DNA of 64,000 bases from an uncultured bacterium (GTDB taxonomy: Bacteria; Patescibacteriota; Gracilibacteria; Absconditabacterales; Absconditicoccaceae). The position numbers were made by a program, and so were the translations under genes. Positions 12,960 through 25,383 of this stretch are shown here, in pieces. The notes beneath the pieces are model-generated. The model did no database searches, had not been told where the DNA came from, and worked only from the letters and a program-made list of their open reading frames with translations. Positions within the stretch are counted from its first letter, which is position 1, and each line of letters begins with the position of its first letter. The stretch is from the NCBI GenBank assembly GCA_937862565.1, contig CALMFT010000032.1, positions 3,175 to 67,174 on the forward strand, written 5' to 3'.

Positions 12960-13880
12960 TTAATAATTAGCGATTCTGTAGAGCATTAAAGCCATTTCTC
13001 TTCTTGTAATGTTTACTTTATCTAGAGTGTTATAATCAAAGTTTAGTCCTCCTACTACACCATAATCTAAAGCCTTATTATAATATCCTTCATATCGTTT
13101 CTTACCTGATTCATCTAGGGATCAATCTTTAGTTCTTATCAATACTGCTATAGCTTGAGCTCTTGTAAGTTTATTCTGTGGATAAAATTTCCCTCCATCT
13201 CCTTTAAATATACCTAGACTTAAAGCTAAGAGTACATTTCCTTTTAAGGATTCAGAGATTTGTTTCAAATCACTAGGAGCCAATATTGAACCTTCATCCA
13301 TATCTCTTTGTAATATTTTAAGAGCAAATTGAGTAAAGAATTTAGCTGCTTGTTCTCTTGTTAATTGTCCATCTCCATTAAAGTCATAAGCATTTTGAAA
13401 ATCTGTTAAACTATTGTTATACATCCACAATACAGCTCTTTGAGTTTCAGAGTAAGATAGTCTCTTACCATTAAAGTACATGGTATTTCAATTCACATCA
13501 GTATAGTAACCATTCTCTTTACTAGCTCTTTCATCTACTTCAGTGGAATCTTTTAAGTATTTATTGTAAGTATTTATTCTATTTTGTGCAGAAGTTAATT
13601 TTCTTTCATAACTACTATATAGTAATTCCATTTCATTACTTTGTGCATTTGTTCTTATTAAAGGTAGTCAAGAAAAGGCTAATTTAAGTTTGTATTGTAA
13701 GTTTTCTAATTCTTCATTGGTTTTTACTTGATCTAGTTCATCAAGCACTTCTCTCATTTGAGTAAGAGCTACTGTAGCTCTTTGAACACTGTTTGTAATT
13801 TCTTGATCTGTTAAGGCATTTGTTTTAATTCACACTACCAATAAACAAAGTAGTACGCTGGCAACGAGTAATTTTTGCAT
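12960..13880 (-). CDS. secreted protein with C-terminal SLH-like repeats
   Basis: ATG at 13880. The signal peptide is MQKLLVASVLLCLLVV. Two repeats (QLTREQAAKFFTQFA and KLTRAQAIAVLIR) look like S-layer-homology motifs. The piece 13122-13481 is extended through TGA to TAA at 12960. Confidence 0.5.
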
Positions 13881-14052
13881 TGGGTTAAAAAAAGTATAAA
13901 TAAATTATATTATCTATAATTGTTATAACTATAATATCAAGACCCTCAAGTTACACTACTACCCTCTTATTATATAATATAATAAAAAACACACCAAATG
14001 GCATGTTTTTTAGTTATTTTGAGTAATGAAAGTCAGTTTATAGGCTTTAAAA

Positions 14053-14388
14053 CTAGTCTTTCGCGTTTCCGAATACTCCTTGAACCAATCCAAGAATTAC
14101 AGCGAAAATAATAGCATTCCAGATTCCATTTACATCAAATCCTGTTACAAGACTATCAGTCAATAAAATCATCAATACTGTGATAACGAATCCAACTAAA
14201 CCAAAAGTTATGAAGTTAATTGGGAAGCTAAGTACGCGTAATAACATTCCTACTGTAGCATTAACCAATGACAATACGAGTCCAGCAATAATAGCTGTTC
14301 GGATACCATCTACCACAACTCCAGGAACAATTCGTGATGCTACTGCGAATAAGATACCTCCAATGAGAACGTTCAACAAGAATTTCAT
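14053..14388 (-). CDS. DUF360 / phage-holin-4_2 family small membrane protein
   Basis: 111 aa with four hydrophobic helices. The pattern GGILFAVASRIVPGVVVDG...ITFGLVGFVI matches DUF360. True TAG stop. Confidence 0.55.
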   Translation of the reverse strand: MKFLLNVLIGGILFAVASRIVPGVVVDGIRTAIIAGLVLSLVNATVGMLLRVLSFPINFITFGLVGFVITVLMILLTDSLVTGFDVNGIWNAIIFAVILGLVQGVFGNAKD

Positions 14389-14493
14389 AAGGATTAATAT
14401 AACAATATAAATGATAACTTCCTATTATGGTATATTTTTTATTTTAAAATAAAAGTATTTTTTGCACTTTTTGGGCAGATTATAGTACTATTT

Positions 14494-15390
14494 TTAATTC
14501 ATAAGATCATGAATTCCTTTGAGGTATTTATCATCCACGTGAGTATAAATTTGGGTAGTGGTAATACTACTGTGACCTAACAAAGTCTGTACTGACCTAA
14601 TGTCTGCGCCTTTCTTGATGAGTGTGGTTGCAAAACTATGCCTGAGAGTATGAGGTGTTACTTTCTTATCAATAGATTGCAACTTTGCATAATGCCTTAC
14701 CATATCTTCGATAGCATTGCGTGAAAGTGGCTTATTACCTGCAAATGATTTCTGATTATTAGAAATTCCAGAGAAGATGTACTCCCCTTCTCAGATTCTG
14801 ATAGCCAACCAAGCTTGTAAGGCTTCCAAAGCAGATTTAGTCATGAATACAGCTCTGAGTTTTCTACCTTTACCTACTACTGAGAATTGATTTGAATCTA
14901 CTTGAATGTCTGTAAGTTTGAGGTTACAAAGCTCTGAAACTCTCAGTCAAGAACCGTAAAGTATCTGTATGATGGCATTATCTCTAATTCTTTTTTTAGC
15001 AGCTTTTTCTCGTTCATCAGGAGCTTGGAGAATCTTTTCGATTTCTTCATCATTGAGAAAATGAACCTCTCTAGGAGGGGTTTTACTAATTTCTAGCTTA
15101 TCAGGCGAAATACAAGGAATATCATGTCTGATACAGAACTTCAAGAAAGCTCTGATAGCGATAATATGATAGTTGATAGTCTTTATATTGAGATGAAGAT
15201 CATCAATGAGATGTTTACGATAGTCCATAATCTGCATAGGATGTATACTATTTACATCTATATCTCCAACAAAACCTAAAAACCTTCTCAACCACAAGCT
15301 ATAATTGCTAATGGTATTGGGACTTGCATTCTTGGTATTTCCCAAATAAGAAATATACAGTTCAATTAACTTTGCAAGGGTTGTACTCAT
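14494..15390 (-). CDS. tyrosine site-specific recombinase, XerC/XerD-like
   Basis: Pieces 14947-15390 and 14494-14703 share a frame. YGS[TGA]LRVSEL (box I Arg), HTLRHSFAT and [15 protein letters not shown] (catalytic Tyr) are present. Confidence 0.85.
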
Positions 15391-15417
15391 GGACTCATTA
15401 TGTGAAATAATAAGATA

Positions 15418-17220
15418 CTAGGTAAGTTTTTGATGTGTATAACTTGTTTTACCTTTGAGGGCATATGGAACGATAATATGTCTTTTACTATTATAATCCG
15501 ATTGAACCCAGAGAATATCTCCAATTTTTACACCTGCTTTATTAAACCATTTATGTAAACCTTGTTGTTTCATTACTCTCCAGAACCATTCTTCAGCCAA
15601 AACCTTTCACCAAGGCAATTGATAACCCAATCTAGAAAGATCTTTCTCGTATACTCTAAACAACTTCTTGGGAGCTATTACTTCTTGTACTTCATCCTCA
15701 AGATCCAACTGCTCATCGTCTTCCATAATCAGATTATATTCTTTTTGAATCTCTTCACTTGTCCAATCCTGGATTTGATATCCCATCTCCAAAAGAAGAT
15801 TACGAATTTCCTTAGTATCTACCGTTCCTATCATCTCAATAGACCTCTCTATTTGTTTATTCTCTGCTGAAACTGGATCAAAATGTAGTATATAAGCTGA
15901 AATAATCTGAAGTTTATTGTACATGAACTGTAATAATGGTTTTTTGAATTGATCAAAGATTATACTGTAAACAAATACTTGTTCTGCAATAACATCATCA
16001 GGGATAGTATTTTTAATTTTAAATTTTGAACCTACAAATGTTTTTGAAATATGCTCTATAAGCTGTTTTTTGTATTCGTTGATAATTTCTGCATCTACAA
16101 TCTCTCCTTCCATCACCTCATCGACTTTATTGATAATTCGTACAATCCCCTTTTGAAGCAATAATCTACCTTCTTGGTCGTGAATATTGAGTACAATGCT
16201 TTTTTCTTTATTGCTTTCATGCGTTTTTACTTCCATTTCAAAATTGATATCCTCAATCTCAAAACCGAATTCTTCAGATCATATAAATCTTGTTTGTATA
16301 TAGGTTAAGATTTCATTTCGTAGTTTCCCAAATTCCAAAATACCCTGATCCCATCTTGAGATATCTACTACAAAAGCAAAAAGTCTTGCCTTGAGTACAT
16401 GTCTCAAAAACTCGTTCCCAAGTCCTTTTCCTTCACTTGCTCACTCCACCAATCCAGGAATATCAATAATATTCCAGCTCTGATCATTGTAGATTACAGA
16501 TCACAAATTTGGTACCAAGGTCGTAAAATGATACTCTGCTACCTTAGCTTTGGAGTTGGATATAGAATTGATGATTGAAGACTTACCTACCGATGGCACA
16601 CCTATCAAACCCACATCTGCCAAGAGTTGAAGCTCGATTTCGATTGTTTTCTTTTGTCCAGGCTCTCCTCCGAGACTAAAATCAGGAAATTGAACAGTAG
16701 AATTTTTGAAATGCATATTCCCTGCTCCTCCTATTCCTCCCTTACAGATTACAAACTGCTCACCATGTTCTGTAAAATGATAGACAATTTTACTTGTTTT
16801 TACTTCTGGCGTAACAAGATTTTCTTCCTCACTTTCGACTTCGTCAGTATCTTGAAGCAATCCATTATGATCAAATTCATAGTGAGTTTCCATTTCTTCC
16901 TCATCCCCTTCTGATACAACATGCACTATCTTAATAATACTTCCTACAGGAACAGGAATAACTAAATCTTCTGCAGACTTTCCGTATTTATCTGCTGATT
17001 CACCAGGAAACCCATGATGTGCTGTTCGTTCTTTTTGAAATCTGAGATGGAGTAAGGTGTTGTAGTTACTATCAGCTTGGAAAATTACTGATCCACCATG
17101 TCCACCGTTACCTCCATTTGGTCCTCCATAAGGCACTCATGCTTCACGTCTTGCACTTGTGGCACCGTCTCATCATTTTCATGATATGCAAATAATCTGA
17201 ACTTTATCGTAAAATTTCAT
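15418..17220 (-). CDS. obg: GTPase Obg/CgtA with unusual insertions (600 aa)
   Basis: Pieces 16501-17136, 15607-16236 and 15418-15600 share one frame. The N-terminus MKFYDKVQIICIS[TGA]K[TGA][TGA]DGATSARREA[TGA]VPYGGPNGGNGGHGG gives the Obg glycine-rich fold only if TGA is Gly. G1 is GVPSVGKS, G3 is DIPGLVEGA and G4 is NKVD. The C-terminus AGVKIGDILWV is OCT-like. Confidence 0.85.
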
Positions 17221-17373
17221 AGGGTTAATATCGTATTATAAGGGCAAAACTATATATAGTATCATACTCAATATGCCTCCCAAATCAAGAAGGAAACTCT
17301 TTTCTTAAAAATACTTGACAATAATCTGATTATAAGTATTAAATGATCCTCCAAATACAAATACGGAGATATT

Positions 17374-17571
17374 ATGAGATTGTTAATTTTTTTGTTATTA
17401 TGTGCTGTTGCCGCCATATCAATCATTAGTTTTAAATCTTTCGATAACGGAAAAGATGAGATTGTGCATGTTATATGTATAATTTTAATAGTTTTGTTTT
17501 CGTTTTTTGCGGGGTTTTTATCAAGCAGCACAAAAACAAGATATGGAAGTCGTTGATTTCCTAATCTTTAA
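17374..17571 (+). CDS. small membrane protein (65 aa), hypothetical
   Basis: Two hydrophobic helices, one TGA read-through, and a strong terminator directly after it. Confidence 0.35.
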
Positions 17572-17572
17572 T

Positions 17573-17606
17573 CCATAGCAGTGCTTTCATTGCTATGGTT
17601 TTTTTT
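17573..17606 (+). terminator. rho-independent terminator
   Basis: CCATAGCA-gtgctttcat-TGCTATGG followed by T8. Confidence 0.75.
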
Positions 17607-17607
17607 A

Positions 17608-18747
17608 TTAGAAATCTCTTCTTACTGCCATATATTCAGCAATCCCCTCTAGATAATCGAGAACTTCTGTGTTAAATACACCATCTTTATCATTTTCAGC
17701 AATTTCTTGAATGACTTTTTGTGCTTGGAGAGCAAATTCTGTAGCTTTCTTGTAGCTGTAATCAAGCGCTCCAGAGTTTTTAACTACACTTCTTACAAAT
17801 TCAGCTTGTTCTGCTGTCAGATCTCCTCTCCCCCAGAGTTCTGTAATAATTTCTCTTTCTTGTGGAGTACACAGTTCAATAGTCTTAAGCATAAGAAGAG
17901 TTTTTTTACCTTCTTTGATATCACTATAAGCAGATTTTCCTGTCTTCTCTTCGTCTCCAAAAAGTCCTATTACATCATCTTGTAACTGAAATGCAATCCC
18001 ACAAGGCAAAGCAAATTCTATCAGTTTATTTTTTATTTTTTCAGAACCTCCAGCAAGAGTTATTCACACCAATAAAGGTGTAAGATAGGTGTATATTCAG
18101 GTTTTGCTATGATGGAGATCATAAATATCTTGTTCTGTAAAGGTTTCAGAATTTTCAAGGATAATATCAAAAGATTGTCCATACAATGTCTGACTGATGC
18201 CCTGGAACAAATAATCCAAAGCCTCAATAGTCACAAGAGGATCAAATCCTGACTTGAGAAGTGTTTGATAACCCAAAGTCAGTGCGTAATCTCCTACATT
18301 GATAGCCATACTTGCTCCAAAATGTTCTTTATATTCAGATTTTAGATTCTTATCGTGATAATTTTCGTAATGTTTATGCGTAGTAGCTTTCCCTCTTCTG
18401 ATACTATCTTGATCTTGAAAATCATCATGGATGAGTAAGCCAGTATGTACAAATTCAATACTACTACTTGCTATAAGTAGCTTATCTTCATCTATCTGAT
18501 TATGGGGAGCAATAAGTTTGTATCCATAATATATCAAAGATGCTCTCAGTCTTTTTGCAGCACGTGTGTTGTGCTCCATGAGATGATCCAATAATTCTTC
18601 TCCAATAGAACTGATCCTTGCAGACTTAGTAAAAAGTGGATGATTGATGCTCGAAGGTATATGATCGTACCATATTTTTAAAATTTCTTTATCTAACTTA
18701 TCTACAAAAGTAGTTAGAGTTTCTCTGGCGAACAACACTTTATTCAT
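17608..18747 (-). CDS. polyprenyl (geranylgeranyl/farnesyl) diphosphate synthase
   Basis: Pieces 18097-18747 and 17608-18009 share a frame. The first Asp-rich motif is LLIHDDFQD and the second is FQLQDDVIG. Confidence 0.8.
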
Positions 18748-18750
18748 AAT

Positions 18751-19446
18751 TTACGCAACATACAAATATAAATCTCCAATCATGCTTTGGAAGGCAACTT
18801 TTTTAACACTACGTTTGAGGTTTTTACATATCCAATCAAATACTAGACCTCATCAAATATCTCTGGACTCATCTTGCTCTTCATCACCTATGACAATCAC
18901 CGCCATCTTATTTTTCTTCAAGAAAATGGAAAGGTTATTTTGATAGTCATTATTAGCTTCAAGACTACTTTTCAACCCTTCCACGCTGATTTTCAGAATA
19001 TAGAAATTTTTTAATGCACTGATAATCTGAGAGACGCATACCAAAGTATCTACTTTAAATTCAGATTGATAGTCTTCACTATTTTTATCTTTACTTACAG
19101 AAACTAAAGAACTAACGGCAAATGGAGATTGTAGTTTAGCTGCATTGATATTTTTATAATCTGAATAAACTGTATCGTAATCGCAGCTTATTATGCAGAT
19201 ACTGTCATAACCTTGTTGAAGCAGTAAAGAAAGATAGAGTATAATAAATCGTACATCCAATACATCACCTGAAAGTGCCAAATATCCTAATTGAAGTTTA
19301 TCTTTATGAATTTTGGCTAACTTTGGCATTTTTATTTTTTGTGCTTCTTGAACTGACTGAAGTACAGCTTCATGAAAATCCCTAGGATCGGTATACCGTT
19401 CAGGAAAATCTATATAATGAGTATTCTGATTATCTTTTTTATCCAT
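18751..19446 (-). CDS. hypothetical protein
   Basis: The piece 18853-19446 is extended through TGA to TAA at 18751. It ends 4 nt before the synthase start, which suggests an operon. Confidence 0.4.
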
Positions 19447-19470
19447 ATGATTATAAGACTAGATATAAGT

Positions 19471-20919
19471 TTATTGACTTCCACAGTTCACTTGAGTATT
19501 GAGGTTGGTACAAAATGCAAGACATCCTTGTACACTATTGGCATTGAGTTCTTTCACTGTTCCTTTTGTTTTATAAACTAATTTACTCAATTCCGGAAAG
19601 TATAATGTAGTGGAGAGAGGTAGAGCAATTGTGGAGAGTGAATTATCATAGTCTTCCATATTCATGACTTTTGTAAGTGTGTTATTCATCGTAGTACTTA
19701 GTAATACAGCTTTTGCTTCTTCTGCTTCTGTCACATTTCATGCAGATTTACTAAGATAAGGCGCTCTTACCTGACAGGGAATAATTCACATTCTTTGGAT
19801 TGAATACAATTTGTATTGTTCTGTATTGATGTTTTCTCCTTTTATAGTACAGTCTGCCAATATCTTAAGTGCCAAACTTTTACGTTCTTCAAAACTTTGT
19901 ATGATTTCTTTTTTGGTAGGTAAGTTTAAATCTTGAACTGTAGTTCCACGATACTGTACTCATCGCGTAGATCAGTATTCATTAGAAACACCTTTAGATT
20001 TAAGTTTGGAAAGTTTTTCAAATGAAGTTTTGAATTTATTGAGTGTAGTTTTGAGTTCTTTTCCTGTGCTTTTACCAAATTCCTTTCGTAAAGATGTTGT
20101 CTTACCAAAAGTTGCATTGCAGGCAGTTCACAGATTAGCGGTAGCACAAGCGTAAGCGTCATCCAATGTCTTCCCTCGATTTGATCTAATGCTATATCCT
20201 ACTTTCTCATTGGATTCAAATTTAAAATCATTTTTTGGTCTTATTACTATATGATTCTTTACCGCTCTTTGAGTGAAGTTCAACCATCCAATCATCTGTT
20301 TGTAGCTAATTCATGGAGAGAATAATTCTCAATTATTTCATCCCGTCTGAAAAATATCACTATAATTACTGAATACTATTTTTAGATTCTCAACTTGTTT
20401 AACAGGTATTGGATCTGAATATACAAAATTATTGATATGAATTATTGTTTCTTTATCTATTGAATCATCTATTGTTTCTAGCAAATCTTCATCTCTAGTT
20501 AGTACAGATGATCTAGCTCAAGCTACACTTTGCCTGAAAAAATCAGCTATAAAATCTCTACTTACAGCTTTGGTAGTCTGAAGCGATGCTCATTGAATCT
20601 GTCCTCAGATTATTCTTCATTCTCTTTTAAAAACTCATAAATAACTATCAGTTATTTGTTTTAAATAATCTACAAGTAGATTGGTGTTGGCTTGTTTTGT
20701 TCAAGTGGCAATCTTTGAATAATCAACCTTTGAAGTAGATTGTAGAGTGTCGAGAATTGATCTTACAAATTTTGTATATCTGACTAATTCTGGTGGCGTT
20801 AAACTACATGCTTCGCAATCAGTCTTTGTTTCTGAAGGAGTTTCTTGAGCATAAGAAAAAGTCGCTCACCATACTTGTGTCAACAGTAACATAAGAGTAA
20901 ATATGATTTTCCTTTGCAT
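19471..20919 (-). CDS. secreted Cys-containing hypothetical protein (482 aa)
   Basis: I followed one frame codon by codon from ATG at 20919 (MQRKIIFTLMLLLTQVW[TGA]ATFSYAQE, a signal peptide) to TAA at 19471, with many in-frame TGA codons. Track ORF 19926-20162 is out of frame and spurious. Confidence 0.5.
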
Positions 20920-20992
20920 TGATAGGCAATATAATCAAATAATAAGAAAAAGCAAATACTTAGCCCCTGTTTATTCTTGTTGACTACCACTT

Positions 20993-21439
20993 ATGAAACC
21001 TTGTATTGACTATGCTCTCGATTATATCTATCGTTATCCCAAAACTGAAAAAGAACTTCGCATTCAGCTTATCAAAAAATGATACACAGAAGAAGAAGCA
21101 CACTATACCATGATTGATTTGGTAAAAAGAGGTTATGTGGATGATAGAAATTTTGCTACGATGTATATTGAGTCTGAGCTTATTCATAAAGGAAAACCAC
21201 GTGCTACGATCATGTCTAAACTCCTTCTCAAAGGAATTGACAAGGATCTTTTGAAGGAACTTATGACTAAGTTTGAAAACGAAGCTAGTGAAAGTATCAA
21301 CGTGAGAATTAGGAAAGAAATAGATAAGCTGAAAGAAAGAAAAGTAGAAGGAGTTGCGCTTATCCAAAAACTGATGATGAGAGGCTACACTTTGCAAGAA
21401 ATAAAAAAGTGTATTAAAGCTAATACACCCGATGAATAA
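20993..21439 (+). CDS. recX: RecA regulator RecX
   Basis: MKPCIDYALDYIYRYPKTEKELRIQLIKK[TGA]YTEEEAHYTMIDLVKRGYVDDRNFA contains the three-repeat RecX pattern. Confidence 0.7.
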
Positions 21440-21462
21440 TTAAATTTTAATACTGAAAAATA

Positions 21463-22146
21463 TTATAATCCAACTCTTGTAAATAACTTATCAAGCTTTA
21501 TATTAGTTCTAGGAGTAGCTGTTTGAAGACTAGAAATGTCAGCTAAGGTATTAAGTTTATATTTGAGTAAAGCTATATCTGAGATCTCACGACTATATTC
21601 TTGATATTCTTTTACATCAGTGTCCGTTTGAAATCCTAGATTTCTCAAAGTTTTAAACATCCATCCCCATGCGTATCTTTCTCTCTTAGATTTTTCTGGA
21701 AAAGAACGTTCTTCACAATAATCTAATAAAACATCATTAGTAGTGCTTCATACAGGTGTCACCAAATCATCATATATATTTTTTAATTTTTTTACACTTT
21801 CCTGAAAATTAGGATCGTTCGCATGTCCTAATTCATGTAACAAGAAAGCTAATCCTCCATTTTTTGATAAAACTTCCTTAGACATACATACTATATTTTC
21901 TTCAGGATCAAAAAAACAAGCTTGTGGACCATAAAGATCTAAATATTTTTCTTTATCTCTAAAGTTTTCAAAGCTATAAATTTTCACCCCCGAGGGAATA
22001 AATTTATCTAAATAAATTTTCTTATCTTTGATAATTAAAGAAAGTTGAGTTAACTCACCATCTATGGATTCTTCATAGTTAATTTTTCCTAAAGATATAT
22101 TCCAATTCAGCATTTCATCTTGATATTGATCAAATTTTTCACTCAT
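21463..22146 (-). CDS. putative zinc metallopeptidase (HEXXH)
   Basis: Pieces 21748-22146 and 21463-21660 share a frame through TGA at 21748. The motif is FLLHELGHAND. The start could lie upstream at a non-ATG codon, because the frame stays open to 22323. Confidence 0.4.
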
Positions 22147-22394
22147 CTCATCAAGATAATCTAACTCATTTTCACAATATTTATCATAATAATATCAATG
22201 TTGACGTATATTTTCCAACACTATGGAAATATATTTATTAATAATTATTTTATCTAAAGTGTTAATTTGTTTATAGAAGTAATCTCTTTCTCATTCAAAG
22301 TATCAGAAATCTCTTCAGTTTGTTTATTTCATACTGATTTATTTTCTTTAGATTCAGGAGAAAGTGGGTTTATTTCTGACATTAATTAAAATAT

Positions 22395-24230
22395 TTATTT
22401 AAATCAATTTCTTTTTCTCATAGCTTCTAATTGTTCCACTGTTTTATCAAAAACCTTACCCAGTAATTCGTACCAAGCATCGTCTTTATATAAATCATTT
22501 CGTTTTTCTCTTCTGATATTGAATATTGTGTGCAAAGCTAAGGTGCCAATATCTTTATTATCATGTGAAATTTTGAATGACGTCATTCTCCATTCTGTGC
22601 CCTTGAACAATAAATACTCTAAAGCTTGTTGTGGATCAGGCGTATTGTCTACGGTTCAGTAGGTTTTTATAAGTAATTCTTTGTAAGTATTTTGTAGTCT
22701 ATTTTTTTCTTTTTCTTCAAGATACTTTATTTTGGTATTTAATTCTTCTTGAGTGAGGTTAAAAACCTTACCCAGTAATTCGTACCAAGCATCGTCTTTA
22801 TATAAATCATTTTTTCTCTCTCTTCTGATATTGAATATTGTGTGCAAAGCTATGATGCCAATATCTTTATTATCATGTGAAATTTTGAATGACGTCATTC
22901 TCCATTCTGTGCCCTTGAACAATAAATACTCTAAAGCTTGTTGTGGATCAGGCGTATTGTCTACGGTTCAGTAGGTTTTAATGATTAATGTTTTACAAAT
23001 ATTTCTTACTAATTCTGAAATTTGTTCCACTGTTTTATCAAAAACCTTACCCAGTAATTCGTACCAAGCATCGTCTTTATATAAATCATTTCGTTTTTCT
23101 CTTCTGATATTGAATATTGTGTGCAAAGCTAAGGTGCCAATATCTTTATTATCATGTGAAATTTTGAATGACGTCATTCTCCATTCTGTGCCCTTGAACA
23201 ATAAATACTCTAAAGCTTGTTGTGGATTTGGTATGTTACCTTCATTATTTCCATATTTATTAATTACCAATTCTCTAGCAATCTCACTTGTTAATTTAAT
23301 TCTTTTAAGAGAGTTAGTTTTTTCTTTCTTTGTTTTTGATTCTTTATTTTTTTCGCGTGACATATCTTCTTGTGTTTCAGGACGATTCTCTTGAGTAAGG
23401 TAATTCAAAATAACAGTTTTTCGATCTGTAAGTCCTTGAGGATTAAGTTCTAGAGGATCTTTATAGGAGAAAAATTTCACTCTTGGATGGTTTACTGCAC
23501 GGTGATCTGATTTTTTGTAGGTGGTAAGTTCTTTTTTTGTGAGATGTCCCTCAGTGATATAACTTGCTTGTCCATAAAGATTATTGATATATAGAGTTTT
23601 GGGATAGGGAGTAGTAAGTTTGAAAACAATATATGATTTTTTTCTCATACTACGAGGATCTACTTTACCCTGTAGTGGACGATCTATGAGTTGTATATGA
23701 GGGTTTTCTTTGAGGATTTGTAGTACTAAAGAATATTTATCAAATTCTCTGGTATGTTGTTCTGGATTTCGATTTCAGTTAGCAAATCCTGTTTGGGGTT
23801 TTATTTCATCAGGAGGAAGTATAATGTCATCAATAAATTCTATTTCAGGGGAAATATTTTCTCATACTGATACTGATGATTGATCTTTCTTGCTAATGTT
23901 CTGTAAAAAGAGCTTTAAAGTATGGAAATTTAAGTTCTCTTCAGGAATTTGTAGGTTATTATCCTTGTTTGCTTGAATGAGTAATGCATGTTCTATGTTC
24001 ATAAGATTTCTTCCTATTTCTGAGGATATTGAATAACTTGTAGTAGAATTTTTTCGATCTTGCTTTATCACTTCTAGATATTCCATAATGAAAGATGTTC
24101 CTAGTTCGGGGTGACGTAGAAAGTCTTTTATGGAGTCTGATATTTGTTGTTGGGTGGTGTATAAAAGATCCATTGAATTAGTAGAGTGATTATTTCAGTT
24201 TTCTAATGAAGATAATTTTTGTTTATCCAT
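22395..24230 (-). CDS. tandem-repeat protein A (611 aa), paralog of 31720-33885, directly downstream of pilC
   Basis: Pieces 23862-24173, 22968-23648, 22656-22922 and 22404-22610 all share one frame and join through TGA. The C-terminal half is 3 copies of a ~100-aa module: PQQALEYLLFKGTEWRMTSFKISHDNKDIG..ALHTIFNIRRE..NDLYKDDAWYELLGKVF. Confidence 0.6.
22404..23232. repeat. near-identical tandem DNA repeats (period 312 bp, about 2.7 copies) inside gene 22395-24230
   Basis: Stretches of about 200 nt are identical by eye between 22438-22636 and 23032-23230. The junction string ...cttgttgtggatcaggcgtattgtctacggttcagtaggtttt occurs at both about 22605-22668 and about 22917-22980. Confidence 0.85.
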
Positions 24231-24257
24231 AAATCAGCTTATTTATTAATAAATATC

Positions 24258-25352
24258 CTATCCTCCCAAACTTGCACTGTCAATTACTGATCCGATCATC
24301 CCAAATACTGAAACTACGATCATCATAATCACGAAACCTACGAATATAATAAGGATTGGCTCGATAACCTTACCAAGATCATTGAGTCCTTTTTCTAAAT
24401 CTTGTTGGTACAGTGTAACGATGTTGGTAATAGCAGCCGGAAGATTAGCTGTACTTTCACCCACCTTGAGGAGAAGCAACGAATCTGCAGGTATAATATT
24501 GGTATGGAAGGACATATTCTGATACATGGTTTCACCCTTCTTCACACCTTTGAGAACATCATCAATCATATCCTGATATTGTGGCACTTTCATAATAGTT
24601 TTCATAAACTGAAGAACTTCTACATAGTTCATTCCAGATTGGAGAAGAAGCCTCATATAACGGAAAAATCTAATCATATGATAGTATTTTACCATCTTTC
24701 CAAAAGCAGGAGCATCGAGAATAAACTCATATCGCTTTTTCTTTCCAAAATCTGTTGAGAAAAAGAGAACAGCAGCAACTACAAAGAGCATAAATGTTAT
24801 GATGATTCATTGAGCATTATTACTTATGAAGTTGGTCATACTCATGATAGCTTGTGTATACCAAGGGATTACTACGTCAAAATCTTCTACAAGACTAAAA
24901 ATTTGTGGAAGTGCATATATAAACAGGAAAAACACTGCTACAATTGATAAAGTGAGAAGAATTACTGGATAAATCATTGCTGAAGTATACTTACCTTTGA
25001 TAGTACTTAAGAATTCATACTCTTCTGAAAGAAATCTCAATACACTCACTACCTCACCACTACCCTCTCCTGATCTGATAACATTCACATCACTATCATC
25101 AAAATACTGAGGATGTCTCATCATACCACGACTCAAACTTTCACCGGCCTTTAGATTATCATATAAGTTAGCTGATACCTTTTTTACTGCAAAGTTTGGG
25201 GAAGTATCTCCAATAGTCTGTATTGCTTCTACGATACTCACTCCACCATCCAGTAAATAAGCCAATTCTTTGAAGAAGAAAATCTTATCCTTGGTACTAA
25301 AGCTGGATACGTCGCGAGAATTGATAAATCTGAGAATAATCTGATCAAACAT
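24258..25352 (-). CDS. pilC: type IV pilus / T2SS platform protein PilC/GspF
   Basis: Pieces 24807-25352 and 24258-24791 share a frame. Two T2SSF repeats are present (FFFKELAYLLDGGVSIVEAI and RFFRYMRLLLQSGMNYVEVL), and the C-terminus is EPILIIFVGFVIMMIVVSVFGMI. Confidence 0.85.
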
Positions 25353-25383
25353 TATACTCTAAGTATATTGAAAACACTTTTGT

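Noticed and set aside
12806-13965. The motif ACTACCCT/ACTACTACCCT recurs at about 12806, about 12922 and about 13955, around the SLH-like gene.
   Set aside because: There are only three short copies in intergenic DNA, which is too few to separate from chance or local duplication.
14494-15390. Tyrosine recombinase as the integrase of a mobile element or prophage, with the nearby DUF360 'holin' at 14053-14388 as a lysis gene.
   Set aside because: The sequence looks like housekeeping XerC/D. There are no att-like repeats and no phage structural or replication genes nearby. DUF360 proteins are common chromosomal membrane proteins.
22254-22382. A 42-codon ORF (MSEINPLSPESKENKSV...) between the HEXXH gene and repeat protein A.
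   Set aside because: It is short, has no recognisable motif, and lies in a region that could instead be a 5' extension of the HEXXH gene in another frame. I could not support it.
22404-23232. Regularly spaced repeats as a possible CRISPR array.
   Set aside because: The period is 312 bp. The repeats are in frame within a coding sequence and lack short unique spacers. No cas genes are present in the window.
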